Part shown: piece after piece, positions 12,331 to 25,200 of the stretch
Layout of the letters: each line of letters opens with the position of its first letter
How positions within the stretch are numbered: the stretch's first letter is position 1
Assembly (NCBI GenBank): GCA_030141605.1
Contig: JAQGDQ010000001.1
Location: 1,674,001 to 1,738,000 of the forward strand
Direction of reading: 5' to 3'
Length of the DNA stretch: 64,000 nt
From: Tubiluchus corallicola
Taxonomy: Eukaryota; Animalia; Priapulida
The notes under the pieces: generated by a model
Databases searched by the model: none
What the model saw: only the letters and a program-made list of their open reading frames with translations
What the model was told of the DNA's origin: nothing
Made by a program: the position numbers and the translations under genes

Positions 12331-15300
12331 CATCTCATGTCTCATTGAATTTTGTCTAGTGAACAAAATAGTCAGCTATTACATCGTCCACTGTTATTAA
12401 CTGCCACCGTCGGTCATCTCACTTTGTCCACTAGTATAGTCTAGATTGGCATTTTTGGCATGTAAATAACTATTTTAGAGATGCAGGTAATGATTATTGA
12501 TTAGTGCGAACATGCCACAGCTTATTACTTCTGCATTATGGGTCATGAGCTCATGGCTCAAATCAGTGGGACATATTTAAAACAAAATTTATTAAATTCA
12601 CGCACCCAGGTCGCCTAAAAATTTTAAAACAACTTGAAATGCGCAAAGCGCTGCTAGATCTATGATCTACAATGCAGTATTAACATACTTTGCCATTTTT
12701 TGTCAGGCATATGTTTGTTTTGTTAGGCAAAACTAGGCTACACACTCAGCAAAGTTATATACGTGTCAAGTTAAAATTGACATGCTAACAATACGTTGAA
12801 AAGAAAATTACTTTTTAAAATCGTAGACACGTTAGAAAACTGGAAAGTTATGAAGGTAGTACGCGGAGCACGCACATATATCTTCCATCTGATTAACCTT
12901 TAAATTAGCAGTGACTTACACGAAAACACACATTCGATTTGATTATGTATTTTGAATTCAGTCTTGGAATAAAATATAGGTTGCATCAATTAATTGATCT
13001 GATCGTGACATGAAAAAGCAGTATGCTCAAATATTCCCGACATTGTAATGAAGCGTTAATATGTATAATCAATGCATACCGTTTTCGGTATGGTAGGCTG
13101 ATGCCTACTTTTTATCTAATCAGAACTAAATTTTGCTTTAAACAAACAACTATCCGATTTTTTTAGAATTTACCTTTAAATGCATGATTTTGTGAAGTGC
13201 ACGAGTCAGAAAATTCTTATTAATGCCATTTTTAACATAGTTTCCAGAAATGATAATGACAAACTTGTGCAAAATTTTTGAAAATAGATATTCCAGAAAA
13301 TTTTTTTTTGATACATATGTTGCATCCATCACGTATTTAACCAAATTACTTTTGTATCAAATATGACACATCATGGGATGCTCGATGTTAGTTTGCATAC
13401 AACACATGCTCAAGCAAGTGCAAGCTGATCTAATAATCCCAGTTCTCAGTTTTCCCAGCTTTATACTTGCATTATTTTTATCGGAAATGCAGGGTAAGTT
13501 ACATGGGACGCTTTTTGCCAAATTTCCATTTGTTTGCTAAAATATCTGGGTCGGTCATCTCAATACTGCTAATAGTGACATTTTCTGAAAATAAGCGCCA
13601 ATAAAAGGCGAGGTAGTCTAAACTCGAGACGTGATATTGCTAGGTATTTTATTGACACTACCGCTGTAATTACCATTGATATGTTCTAGCATCATATTCA
13701 AGAATCAAAGCAAATAATAGAAGATATGCGGTTTGTTACAAATATAATACAGATATATACTGACTTGTGGAATAAAAAAACCAAATCAAATATATATTTT
13801 ACATAGCATGTAACGGTTTTTATGACATTAGCAATATTTTTTATTATACCGCAAACAATCTATATAAATAACTATCGGCTCTCAAACAAGAGTTGGTTAA
13901 CAAAATCTGCAAATAAGGGTTCAGTTCAGTTCAAAGTGTAATAAAATGAACGTAAGCCACCAATGAGCAAACCTTGGAACCAAAATAGGTAGCATATAGT
14001 AGATAACCTGTTACAACCAGCAACAATTTCATTCAGTTCTGAACCAAATTACTGGGAAGAAAAATGCCTTTATCATATTTGTTACACTATGCATTGAAGG
14101 GTTAAAAACTTACTAATCAATATGATTATAGAACCAAACCGTCAACCAAAACAAGGTATAAAAATGCATATGTGTGAATTTCGACAAACTTGATCAAATT
14201 AATTTAAAGCAAAGTTGCCAAGAGCTCTTATAAAATTCATTACACTACAAACATCATTTATAAGAAAAAATATATATGAGCATAATAACTATTTCAGTAC
14301 AGCCTGTTGGACTTGGTACTGAAAATGTAGCTTATTGCAATGTGTGTAATTTACACAACATTACTACAGTAATTAACATTATAGTGACACATGCATGGCA
14401 AATTTCCATTTACAAAAGAGATAGCGCACGTTTCTACCATTGTAATTTTTGTCAAATTTAATTTAATTTGGGGAAAGAAAAATGTATGTCACCTGGGCCA
14501 ACGGGCGTGTTACAAACTGCAACTAATTTCCGGAAAATGGCGCGAGGTGTGTGGCATTTTCTGCTAATTATTATGCATGTAATATACACCATCAAAAAGT
14601 CAATTACTGCTTGCTTCAAAACTGGCGATGTGGAAACATTAACATTAAGAAATTCATTTATAATTCAATTCGCAGAATAAATAGAATCCTAATTCACACA
14701 ACAAACAGAATAAAAAACAATAAAATATGCCAGAAATAAAACTGTCCGGAAGTTACACTGACAAGGATAAAAGTTGTCTTAACAGTTTCCAAGGCCACTG
14801 CAGCTTTTCATGTAATGTTCACTGCAGCAAAATTAATGTACACCCATTCGTGAATTTGTCAGCATGATCCCATGTTTAAAGTATATTCAAGGCTTTTGGC
14901 GGTTGCATTAAGTCTGTACAGTATAAGCAAGTTTAATTACAGAAGGTCAGCAACACAGATAAAGAGTTCGACAACAAACGACCTAATATTCGCCACAAGA
15001 AAATGCCCGAGTCTGACTAGGCCAAACAAGAAAATACATTCCACGAAAACTAATCACGCACAATTGCGCAATTTTATTATACTGCTGAAATGACCTTTAC
15101 CTTATAGTATAACGCATACCTTACTCTAATAAACAGATTAAAAATTTTGTATGTGACACTTTCGAGTCAAACAACTTTTTAGTGATTCAAAATTATTTAC
15201 AAAAAATTTAAAACCTTTGGCAAACCCTCTAACGAGTTTCTAAAACGGATACCGCACCCTAGGCGTGTCGCAAATTTCAATATCCAATAAAATCTGTTGA

Positions 15301-17201
15301 TTTGCACAAAATTCACTAGCAATGCATGTCTCGGAATTTCTCAATAATCATCTAAATTACTGAAACAAATAAGCAGTGAATGTACAAAACGGGTACATCA
15401 ATCTGCGGTAACCAACGCAAAGTCGTCATCATTACTACGAACATGCACATTCTTCGCTGAAACAAAATCATCATAACAGTTGTAAATTTTACTATAGCAA
15501 CCGATATTAATAGAATACTTGTAAATGTAACCTTTTAGAACTTAGTTTCCAAAACGAAAAGGCGAGTATAGCAACACAACAGGACCTCATGTGGCCAAAC
15601 CGGACATGTGAGAAGTGAATGGACACACGTAGAGGGGAATCGGCAGCTAAAATAATAGTAGTAACCCTAATTCACACGAGAAAGAATTTGGCACAATTCA
15701 ATGCGGATGCCAACAGCACGCAGTCAAGTAATTAAATGAAAGTTTCTGTACGCTTTTATTGCACACGTAAAAATGTCTGTAGAAATGTCAAAAAGGGTCA
15801 ACTTGGCTATCGATATAAAAGAAAATTTAAACATAAAAATGTTGACACGGGCGCTTTCAGGCTCGCTTTTAAAATTAACTAAGCTTTGATATGATACAAA
15901 AATCATAATAGTAAGACCGATTATTACCAAAGGATTATCATAACTTGTGTATATAAAGCACCCGTTACATGTATTTTAATCGTTATCAACAGTTTAAAAC
16001 AGCGGCAACTCTTGTAAAAGCAAAAGCATTTCTCTGAGCCTAATCTTAAAGTCAAATAGGAAGTATTCCGCAATCTATTCATGTAAAACCACAAACACTA
16101 TTGTTAATTTATTATTGTCATATACAAAGTCTGCCTGTCATACTATGCACTTTGCTGCACTGCACACAAAGTGCACTGGTTGCATAGATGTGAGTCATGT
16201 GATGTTTTCTCGGTATGGCTGAATCACAGTTTTTAAAATAATGCTCACAGAATAGCTCAAATTGTTACGTTATTACAGAAGGGCTATGTCACCATGTATT
16301 GATCTCAAGCAATTATATAAAATAAACTGAACAGCATTGCTGTTCGTGATAAATAAGAAAATGCTTTTTAGCAGTTCAGCCACAAAAACCATGTCACTCA
16401 GTCAGTGTGTTACGAAATGACGACAACAGTAAATTCACCATAATTATTGTAACAATATTACTACGTTTCGGTGACTACATTTTTTACTGAAACGAGAAAC
16501 GATGGCTATCTCTGCATCAAGTATGCAATTATGCTACGCACGTAGGTTCTATATCACAATTTAATTATTGTCCTATTAAAACTCTGCTGCAATAACGTTA
16601 TTATAATGATAGTAGATTACCTTTTATCCAAACGTTATTTGTCAAAATACACTTATAATAATTGGAAAGCAATAATAGATAATAACAGTCATAAATAATG
16701 GTGTATAACAAAGTTATCAGGTAAAATTGAGCAAAAACCATGCACTGTTAATGAAGCAAGCAAGGACAAAATTATTCATTTTATAACTTATTTAACAATA
16801 TTTGTATTATACGCATAATAGCAGGGCTGGGTCTTTTCCACTACAGCAATTCAGGATAAATTTCAATATAAAAAATACATCTTCTGACATGAACACTATA
16901 AACTGTCTTACAAATGCTAAAAGAATAGAATTATTATACATATGTAGCATTAACCCTTATTTAAGTAAAACTGTAAACGAATTTAGGATAAATCGTTAGC
17001 ATCACAGCTTTTTAAATTCTCTATTGCAATTTAATTTAGTATTTAAATCAGTCTGTCCCAACTAACTTGAATCACCTAATGCAAATCATGAACAAAAACA
17101 GAAAATAAGAAAGTAAAAAAAACAGAAAACATAACGCAATAAAAGTAAACCATTAGTAAAAATACTTGATACTCAACTGTGCACAGGTAACTTCTTTGAT
17201 T

Positions 17202-17664
17202 ATATAGTGTGGACATTCAATAAAACTTATTTTGCAATACTGCGGTGAATATCATCACTAGATGGAAACCATCAGTAAAACTTAGATGAATATTCACTAT
17301 AATAAGCGCCCCTCCCAAAATATCACTCTCACCATCAGACAGCCCAGCCAAAACATCATTGTACTGCTTTCTGATTATGAATGTTTTGCAATACATTTGC
17401 ACTTCAGGCAGAATCCAAAAAGCTCCGTAATATAGTATGGGCATTCAATAAAACTTGTTTTGCAATATTGCGGTGAATATCATCACTAGATGGAAACCAT
17501 CAGTAAAACTTAGATGAATATTCACTATAATAAGCGCCCCCTCCCAAAATATTTCTCTCGCCAACCGACAGCCCAGCCAAAACATCATTGTACTGCTCTC
17601 TGATTCTGAATGTTCTCCAATACATTTGCACTTCAGGCAGAATCCAAAAAAAAATCCGTAATAT
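17202..17664. repeat. Direct tandem duplication, 228-bp period, 2 copies
   Basis: atatagt.tgg.cattcaataaaactt...gaatccaaaaa...ccgtaatata starts at 17202 and at 17430 with scattered substitutions; this explains the paired ORFs at 17217 and 17445. Confidence 0.9.
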
Positions 17665-19056
17665 ATACAGACTGCTCTAAAAAAACTCTCGTAGCCACTC
17701 AGCTTATCAAAACCCGTGAACTGCATTACTGCGTGTTCAGTGATAATAAACAGTTATTTAGTACTACAGTAGCAATTTCGAAAATAGAATCATTTTAACC
17801 AATATTACTATGGCAGTTAACAATAAGAAAATCAAATTAAATATTTCACACTGAGTCGTACTAAGTCACTGATGTATTGCCAAAAAGAAAACAAGAATGA
17901 CTGAAACAGCGTCAAACAGCCAGAAAACGTTTTCCTACTCACATTTTTCGACTTCATTCCGATTCGAGTAGTTAGATTTCAATCACAGTTGATAATCTGT
18001 CGATACAGTAAAATTAGATAGAAAACAACTAATTATAGTCACTGCTGATTAAAGAGGGTACACAAAACTCAAACAGTTACGAATACATCGCAATGCTTTA
18101 CTAAACTCTCTTTCCTTCCTGGCTTTTGTGAAAATTCAGGTAACCTCAACAGGCTGTCCAATGTGGACGTAACGGATGAATGAGCCAGTGCCAATACGAC
18201 GTCATGACTTGTACATGTTGAAGGGCGAAAAAATCGTTGCGTTGTACCGATTCCAGGCACTGTACGCATTCGGTACATGAGTAACACTTTTAATACACTA
18301 CAATTACTAACATATCAAATGCGCAAAACGATTGCTTATTACTACAGTCGTTTTTACAGCTTCTAAAACAAGCAGGCCGCTCAAGCAAAAATCTAGATTC
18401 TCATGGCGCAGTTAATGGTATCTACAGTACAGAACGTTGAACCTCTATTAGCAGTATCGCTATAGATACATAGACACTAGCTAGACCGACTGCTTGCTAA
18501 CTACTGACAGCTAACAATAAAAAACAAAAAAACTTTCACTAAAATGCAAAACACTTCCTAGCCCACCGTTGACAACATTTTCTTTTTGCCTTTTGGCGGC
18601 AGTTGACAGGTTAACTTCACCGCACGCCCACTCCCCTAAATGCATTATCCGAGGTCGTCATACTTTTCCGCAGTTGTACCAGACAGCAGGAAAAGTGAAA
18701 CAATTATAAAGTGATTTTTCATGCAAACTTCTGTGTGATGTCAATGTGACATGAACAAAGAACCTATCAGCCTTTATAACAATGTCATTATAAGTAGTGA
18801 GTTGTATTTTGACGAGACTACAACACAGAATATGAAAATAACGGTAATAGTCGTTTTCGACACAGGGGTTTTCAACGCAGGCTATTTGGACACATAGGAT
18901 ATTTGAACACAAGGACATTTGAACACCAGAACATTTGGAAACAGGCCATATGGACACATAGGACATTTGGACACATAGGACATTTGGATACATAGGAATT
19001 TTCGACACAAGGACATACGGACAAATAAGACATTTGGATACAGGCAAAAAGTTGTT

Positions 19057-19607
19057 ATGATATTGTTACAAGAAACAATAGTGCTTTATAAGTACAGCAC
19101 TAGGCAGCTCAGTGATTACCATATTCCGAAAATAAGAACAACTGACCTTAAGAAAAATTTCATCGTTTATAAGGCTCCTATTTTATGGGATAACTTGGCA
19201 TTTGATGTCAAATCGCAGTCGTGTTTTAAAAATAAAATAAAATATTATATTCTATTGCAGATTCTATACAATATTCTATTCTATAGATATACATTTTACT
19301 ATATTTTTTATAATGCCAAGAAATATTTATTGTACATTTTTTATTTTTATTAATGGAATGTTTTATTTATTTTAGTGAATGTAATCCTCTAAGTCTGGTG
19401 TCTTCATAGTCAGCCATAATTATTTTATTTGTATCATGAAAATGACATATTTTATTGATCAGAAGCATATTTTTATGTTAAACTTTTATCATTTACTAAC
19501 AATTCATTTTCACTTTTATTTATATTTATATGTATTACAAAAGTAAATCCAGTATTGTATGTATGAATGTTTTTATGCCAAAAATAAATCAAACTAAACT
19601 AAACTAA
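19057..19607 (+). mobile_element. 3' fragment of a non-LTR retrotransposon (CR1/L2-like) nested in the foldback element
   Basis: YSTRQLSDYHIPKIRT...FIVYKAPILWDNL resembles the LINE ORF2 C-terminus. It is followed by an AT-rich 3' UTR, AATAAA and an (AAACT)n tail at about 19591-19607. Confidence 0.55.
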
Positions 19608-20785
19608 CAAAACCTGAATGCCTACAGGACAAGTTTTGCACGACCTTGCTAAACTAAAAATATGAATCACAACACTTGCTCTATGCTGAAACGAGGTAAC
19701 CACCTAAAAGCAAAATGTCCAGAACAACCGCCTTGTTGAGTAAAATGGAAGTGAACTGCTTTATAATTCGGGGAAGTGGGGAGAAAAATAAATGAGTGAT
19801 CCTGGCATGTGCTTGGTTGCCTTAGTTAAGCAACGACTACCTTGGGCAAAGTGTGGATGGGTGAATGCTTTGAAATTTAAATCTAAGTATTTTTATTTGG
19901 TAAACTGGCTTGACTACCTATGACGAACTTACAACAATGGGTGCGAATAAATGATGCGCTGTCAGCGCGAAGGTGCAGCCAAGTGTAACACGTATTTCAG
20001 TAAACTATCCATTTTGTTCCGTAGGGAGTAGCAATATGCGTAGAAACGAAATATATGTAAATTACGTAAAAGAAAGGCAAGAAGGTAATTTTGTGTACAA
20101 ATATTATTATTGTCACCGCACACAGTAATATTCAGTAGATGCCAGAGGCCTCAGTTGTCTCAGGATGTGTGTTGCTGCAGGGTCCTCTAATTTTGCCACC
20201 CTTCATGATTTAACTTAATGGTTTCTTCCCTGATGTTCTAGGGTATCCTTATTAAAGGCAACTGCCTGATAGGCTTCCCATTCCCTATTCAGCAGGATTA
20301 AATGATTAGGTGATAATCCTAACCATAAAAACTTCTTATATGGGTGTCGAATAGATGTGGCGAGAATGCCGAAATTTATTCATTATCTGCAGTAATGGCA
20401 ATTGCGGCGTCCGTTAGACATCAGTTTTTCAGCGCAGCGTGAAAAGTTATACATAGCAAGAAGTTTCGCCGTGGTCGTCGCAATCGCCGCATTCTGACAA
20501 TCGCACCTGTCGCAGTGGCGAGGAAGCGAGAAAACGAATATTTTAAAATAGATAATAAATCATTTTTACTACGGTTCATAATCGTTCATTGGACATTAGA
20601 CGCAACTGATTTTGCAATCCATCCATCTCCCATCCCATCATCCATTTCCAGAACAGTGTATAACTAAATAATAAATGGTACGAACTCCCGATTGAATCCA
20701 AACGCTACCTTTTGGGTCTAAACAGTTTTTGAATTCAAGTTACCAATTTGCCTGATTATCCTATGTTAAAATACCTAGTAGTGCT

Positions 20786-21255
20786 CAAATGTTCTGTGTC
20801 CAAAACTCCTAGTGTAAACTGCTTGCGCAGTGTGTTTAAATGTCCTTGTGTTCAAATATACTTGCGTCGAAATGTCCTGTGTCCAAATGTCCTTATGTCG
20901 AAATGTCCTGTGTGTCGAAACATCCTTGTGTTGAAATGTCCTGTGTGACGAAATATACTTGCGTCGAAATGTCCTGTGTCCAAATGTCCTTATGTCGAAA
21001 TGTTCTGTATGTCGAAACGTCCTTGTGTTGAAATGTCCTGTGTGTCGAAATGTCCTTGTGTCGAAATGTCCTATGTGTCGAAATGTCCCATGTGTCGAAC
21101 GAAATGTCTTGTGTCGAAGTGTCCTGTGTGTCGAAATGACCCATGTGTCGAAATGCCCCATGTGTCCAAATGTCTTGTATCGAATTGTCCTGTGTCGAAA
21201 TGTCCTATTACGTGTACAATGTTCTTGTGGCGAAATGTCTGTGTCGAAATGTCTG
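20786..21255. repeat. Minisatellite array (15-17 bp unit AAATGTCC[TG]TGTGTCG) with a 97-bp higher-order repeat
   Basis: Units are directly visible. The block aaatatacttgcgtcgaaatgtcctgtgtccaaatgtccttatgtcgaaatg recurs at 20854 and 20951. Confidence 0.9.
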
Positions 21256-22189
21256 CCCACCCAAAATAACGTTCGGATGCAATATTTCAGAGACAACTGA
21301 ATGAACTGGACACATACTCCTACATTCTGGCTTACTCATTCGACGTAATCTAGCTAAAGCAATGCTGAATTAATCACTTTTATACCTTATAAAGATTTGC
21401 CGTTATTTTTATTATTAGTTGTCACGGTTAACTAAGCACAGCAATCTACATTCGTTGTTGATAAAGTCTTTGTTATAAGTTTTGAATACATTAAACAAAA
21501 TTCAACAAAGACAATAATCGCGGCGATGTATTTGTTAATTTATGCACGAGATGAGGAATTTTTCAAACCGCCCAAGTTCCAACAAAAATATCTACGTGAC
21601 TCCAATGTTCTAACACGGCAAACGTGACTGTCGGGAGCTCAAAAGCCGATAGTTCTCAAGAACTTTTAACGCCAGGAGCAAATTGGCTATTACTGCAGTA
21701 CGCGTGGCAGGCCGAAATACTACTGTACTGATCTTAGTGTTAAAAGAAGAGACAAGCTCGCAAGTACGCACACAGATAATGGCTATTGTAATCGTACGTT
21801 TTACCTATGACTAACAGGAAACAATAGCGGTAGGCACGACCTCCTGAAATCTAAGATTAGAAAAGATAATAATTAGAATACGGTCTGCTGCGGTGCCTTG
21901 TACATGTGCAGGTAACAGTAAGGCAGATTATGCTGCCAAACTAATTACAGTTACAGAAGGACCTATTGTAACACAGTAAAAATTAGTATAAAGCGTAAAC
22001 ACCAAGACAATACCCAAAATTCACGAAGACAATTCGGATGCGGTCCGGATAAGCAAATAAATTATTTAAAGTAATAAGGATGTTTTTATGAGCTTCGCGG
22101 AATTGTAAGAAGCCATAACTAAAGTTCTTTTTTAAATATATAGAGCTTAATATGCTCAGATTCTGTTTCTCGTTCTAATTAACTTCCTC

Positions 22190-22270
22190 TGAGTGACCTG
22201 AGCCTGGATCGGAACCATGGACGTTACGATTACAAGTCCACCACACAACTCCAAGTGATATCGGCCGGCC
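22190..22270 (-). mobile_element. tRNA-derived SINE-like head
   Basis: The minus strand reads ggccggccgatatcacttggag...ggacttgtaatcgtaacgtccatGGTTCCGATCCaggctc, with a degenerate B-box and an anticodon-loop-like segment but no clean cloverleaf. Confidence 0.4.
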
Positions 22271-25200
22271 ATAATTCAGTCCTAATTAACAATTCACCAA
22301 CCTTGATCCCTGATTGAAATCCATCGTCGCAAAAGGCTGTTTTGTCAGTGGTTATTGTTTTGGACTTGTAATCCAAATTCAATTGAGTGCAGATTTTTTG
22401 TAAATATTTCCTTTCTTTTGGTCAAATGTAGTTTTTTGGCGTTGAATAAAGCGTGTTGCAAAAGCATTTTGCACAAAATGGGAATCGTATACAATCATAA
22501 TAAAAATGTTACACCGTAATTTACTCGGCAAGATGAAAAAGAATTATGTGGCCACATATAAAAAAAATTTCAGTGGAAAAATGTAGATTGAATAATGTAA
22601 AAAATCTGGTTACTCTATATATATAAACAAGCTAACTTACGTCAGTTTAAAATCATTACAACGAGAAAAAGTTTGCATGAAATTCTGTTCTAGGGGATTG
22701 ACCTCGGTCTATTTCATTGAATAGCAAACGCCGCAGGGTAAAATAATTGATACACTTATGCTCCATTTATAGAAGTAATTCTCTGTGACAGATACATACA
22801 CATACAAAAATTTCTGCAATATAAAACTGCAATAAAATACTTCCAGAGCTCGAAAGCATAATTCATGAAGCGTTTATCTTCGTTTAAGAACACTTTAATC
22901 CAATGCGAAAGGTGAAAGGTTGAATTATAACACTGTACAAACGTTTCACAATGTATGCTTAGAACGTTGTATAATGGGCGGTGCCGATACTATTCTCTAA
23001 CAAAGTTTCAACCTTGCTTCCAGCGTTCTCAGCTGTAAGTTGTAACTAAGAAGTATACTGTACTTATTAACCAAAAAAATGGGCGAACGTAGGAAGCACA
23101 TACCACGAATATTGCTTTATTGTATAATTTCAGTGTAACAATTAACATTCACAAATACGTTATAATTGTTATACAACACACGTTTACAAAACATTAATGA
23201 CAATAGGACACAGTAATTACTTAGGGTATCATAACTTGATGATAATATACCCAACTGACACACAATATAATTCATTTTTTTGTAATTGTAAAAACTTATA
23301 ATGCTCATAGGGAAAAGTATTTAACCAGGCCTGCCAATTTTGCTGGAGAAATCCGTTGTGCATCGGCTCGACAGCAACTTGTTGTATAAGTGTGTTTAGT
23401 AATGTTCACTTGGACCACCCATATCCTTCGGCAGCAAAATTTATTTTACTTGAAACGCCCAACACTGAGCAGCTACACAATGCACCAAATATACACGCAT
23501 TGTCCCTAATTTTCTGAGAAGTAAAAAGTTTATGCGTTTAAATTGAGGGCGTCTCTATAGTCTACTGTATGCGTTTATCCGGCTTGCATAATTTAATGCA
23601 CATCGAGGAGTGAATTAAAAATCCCACATCTAAAAGACAAGAAGAGGAAATAAAAGACGAGACGTCTGAAATGACTACACTTTATCTTCAGGTGAAAAAG
23701 GTCAAATATATCACATTGAATTACTAAAACTAATTTTTGGGAGGAGTTTTTATTCGTAATTATATAACACATAAATATCTCACATTATAAAGGATTACAG
23801 AAAAAACACAGTAGCAAAGCAAATAAGAAACACAGAAATATAAAATCAATTCCACGATCACAAGTCACAACAGGACATTTGAGCGTATGAAAATTGGGCA
23901 CAGCCGTTTGTTCACTAAATATATTTATAATCAATAATGCAAGAATGTCCTTCTTTTAACCATTAATTTTGGCTATGACGTAGACTTATAAATATACATG
24001 TACCAAGTCACCTTATAAGGGTATACACATTAATAAGCACAGGTTATAGACGGCGTTACAAAGTTTTGCAAGTGAGAATTTCTCGAAATGAAATTGGTAC
24101 TAACTCGTAGTTGTTTGACCAGGTGGAGATAACAAAAAAGAAGTACTAAACACTCCCTTTGACACCTCCAAGTAGTGCTTCACATTTTTGTCTTTTTTTG
24201 TACGTGGTGTTCGGTCAAGTTTTGCGAAAAAATTCCCATTTTGGCACCATATACCGGCTTTTCTTCATAAAGATAGTTTTTGCGTAATAGGCTTGCTTCC
24301 ACAACAGACAAAAAACAAGCAAACAAACAAACTGTGTTCAAGCCTAACTTCCTTGGCAGAGGTAAAAATAACTAAAATAATTATCCCCACTGCAATCCTA
24401 ACCTAAACACATATTTTACTAAGTGTGCCATTTTTACCTATGCCCACATATTTAGTGCGGTGATTCGATCAGGCAAGAATACACTGCTGTATTAAGCTGC
24501 CTTACCTGCTTCATAAGTTAAACTTTTATAGGAATCCCCCGTTCATTGCGTGATTAGTGATAGCTTGCATAAGCGCAACTACAAAGAAGACAGTACATGG
24601 CCTATCTCGTGACTCTCGTCATGGAAATGAAAAGAAGAAAACAACCAACTGAGCAGGCGATCCAGTGCATGAGCTAGAATTCTTTTAAAGTTATTTGCAA
24701 ACACTGCGTGACATTATTCACCTTCTTAAATATTATGATCGTTGGACAACAACGTTTACATTTTATTTGACACAGCTTGAGTGGAAAATAGGATAATGAA
24801 CGCACTTAACAACACGCAGTAGATTTAGCAAAGCTTATACACAAATACACTACTACTGATCTAGAGCCAGAAACTACTGATGATAAACACTTACTAATTG
24901 CAGCCACTGAGCCTAAAGACCTGCTCTAAAGAGAAAAAATAATGATGAAAACCGGAATTATGGGTTCAGAAAGCCTCAAACAAGCAATAACGTGTCTTAT
25001 CACGTGAATAGAATAGACGGCCTAACGAGTTCAACCAGTCGGTGCCAACGCTTCGTTTTTTTAGTCACAAAAGAATTTAATAACGAGAATTAGAACAAAT
25101 TTGGGGATTAAAATTCCTAGCGGGTTATCCAAATACAACCGTGAAACGCAGTGGTTAATCTGAAGATCAAGGGGATGTGTTTGCACTTGAGAATTTATAA

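Larger units (their letters stand above)
18843..21262. mobile_element. Foldback/Mutator(Phantom)-like DNA transposon with tandem-repeat inverted arms and an 8-bp TSD
   Basis: The left arm (18843-19043) has 15-17 bp units GGACATTT(G/C)GACACA(T/A)A. The right arm (about 20786-21262) has the reverse-complement units AAATGTCC..TGTGTCG. AAAATAAC flanks both ends (18835-18842 and 21263-21270). Confidence 0.7.

Noticed and set aside
18658-19047. 129-aa repetitive ORF and CRISPR-like look of the arrays
   Set aside because: Tandem units lack unique spacers, there are no cas genes, and the context is eukaryotic; this is the left arm of the foldback element.
20748-21300. Overlapping Cys-rich and Arg/His-rich ORFs (up to 173 aa) on both strands
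   Set aside because: They are translations of the 15-17 bp minisatellite, not proteins.
22190-22270. Functional tRNA gene
   Set aside because: The B-box is degenerate and the acceptor and anticodon stems do not pair properly; kept only as SINE-like.
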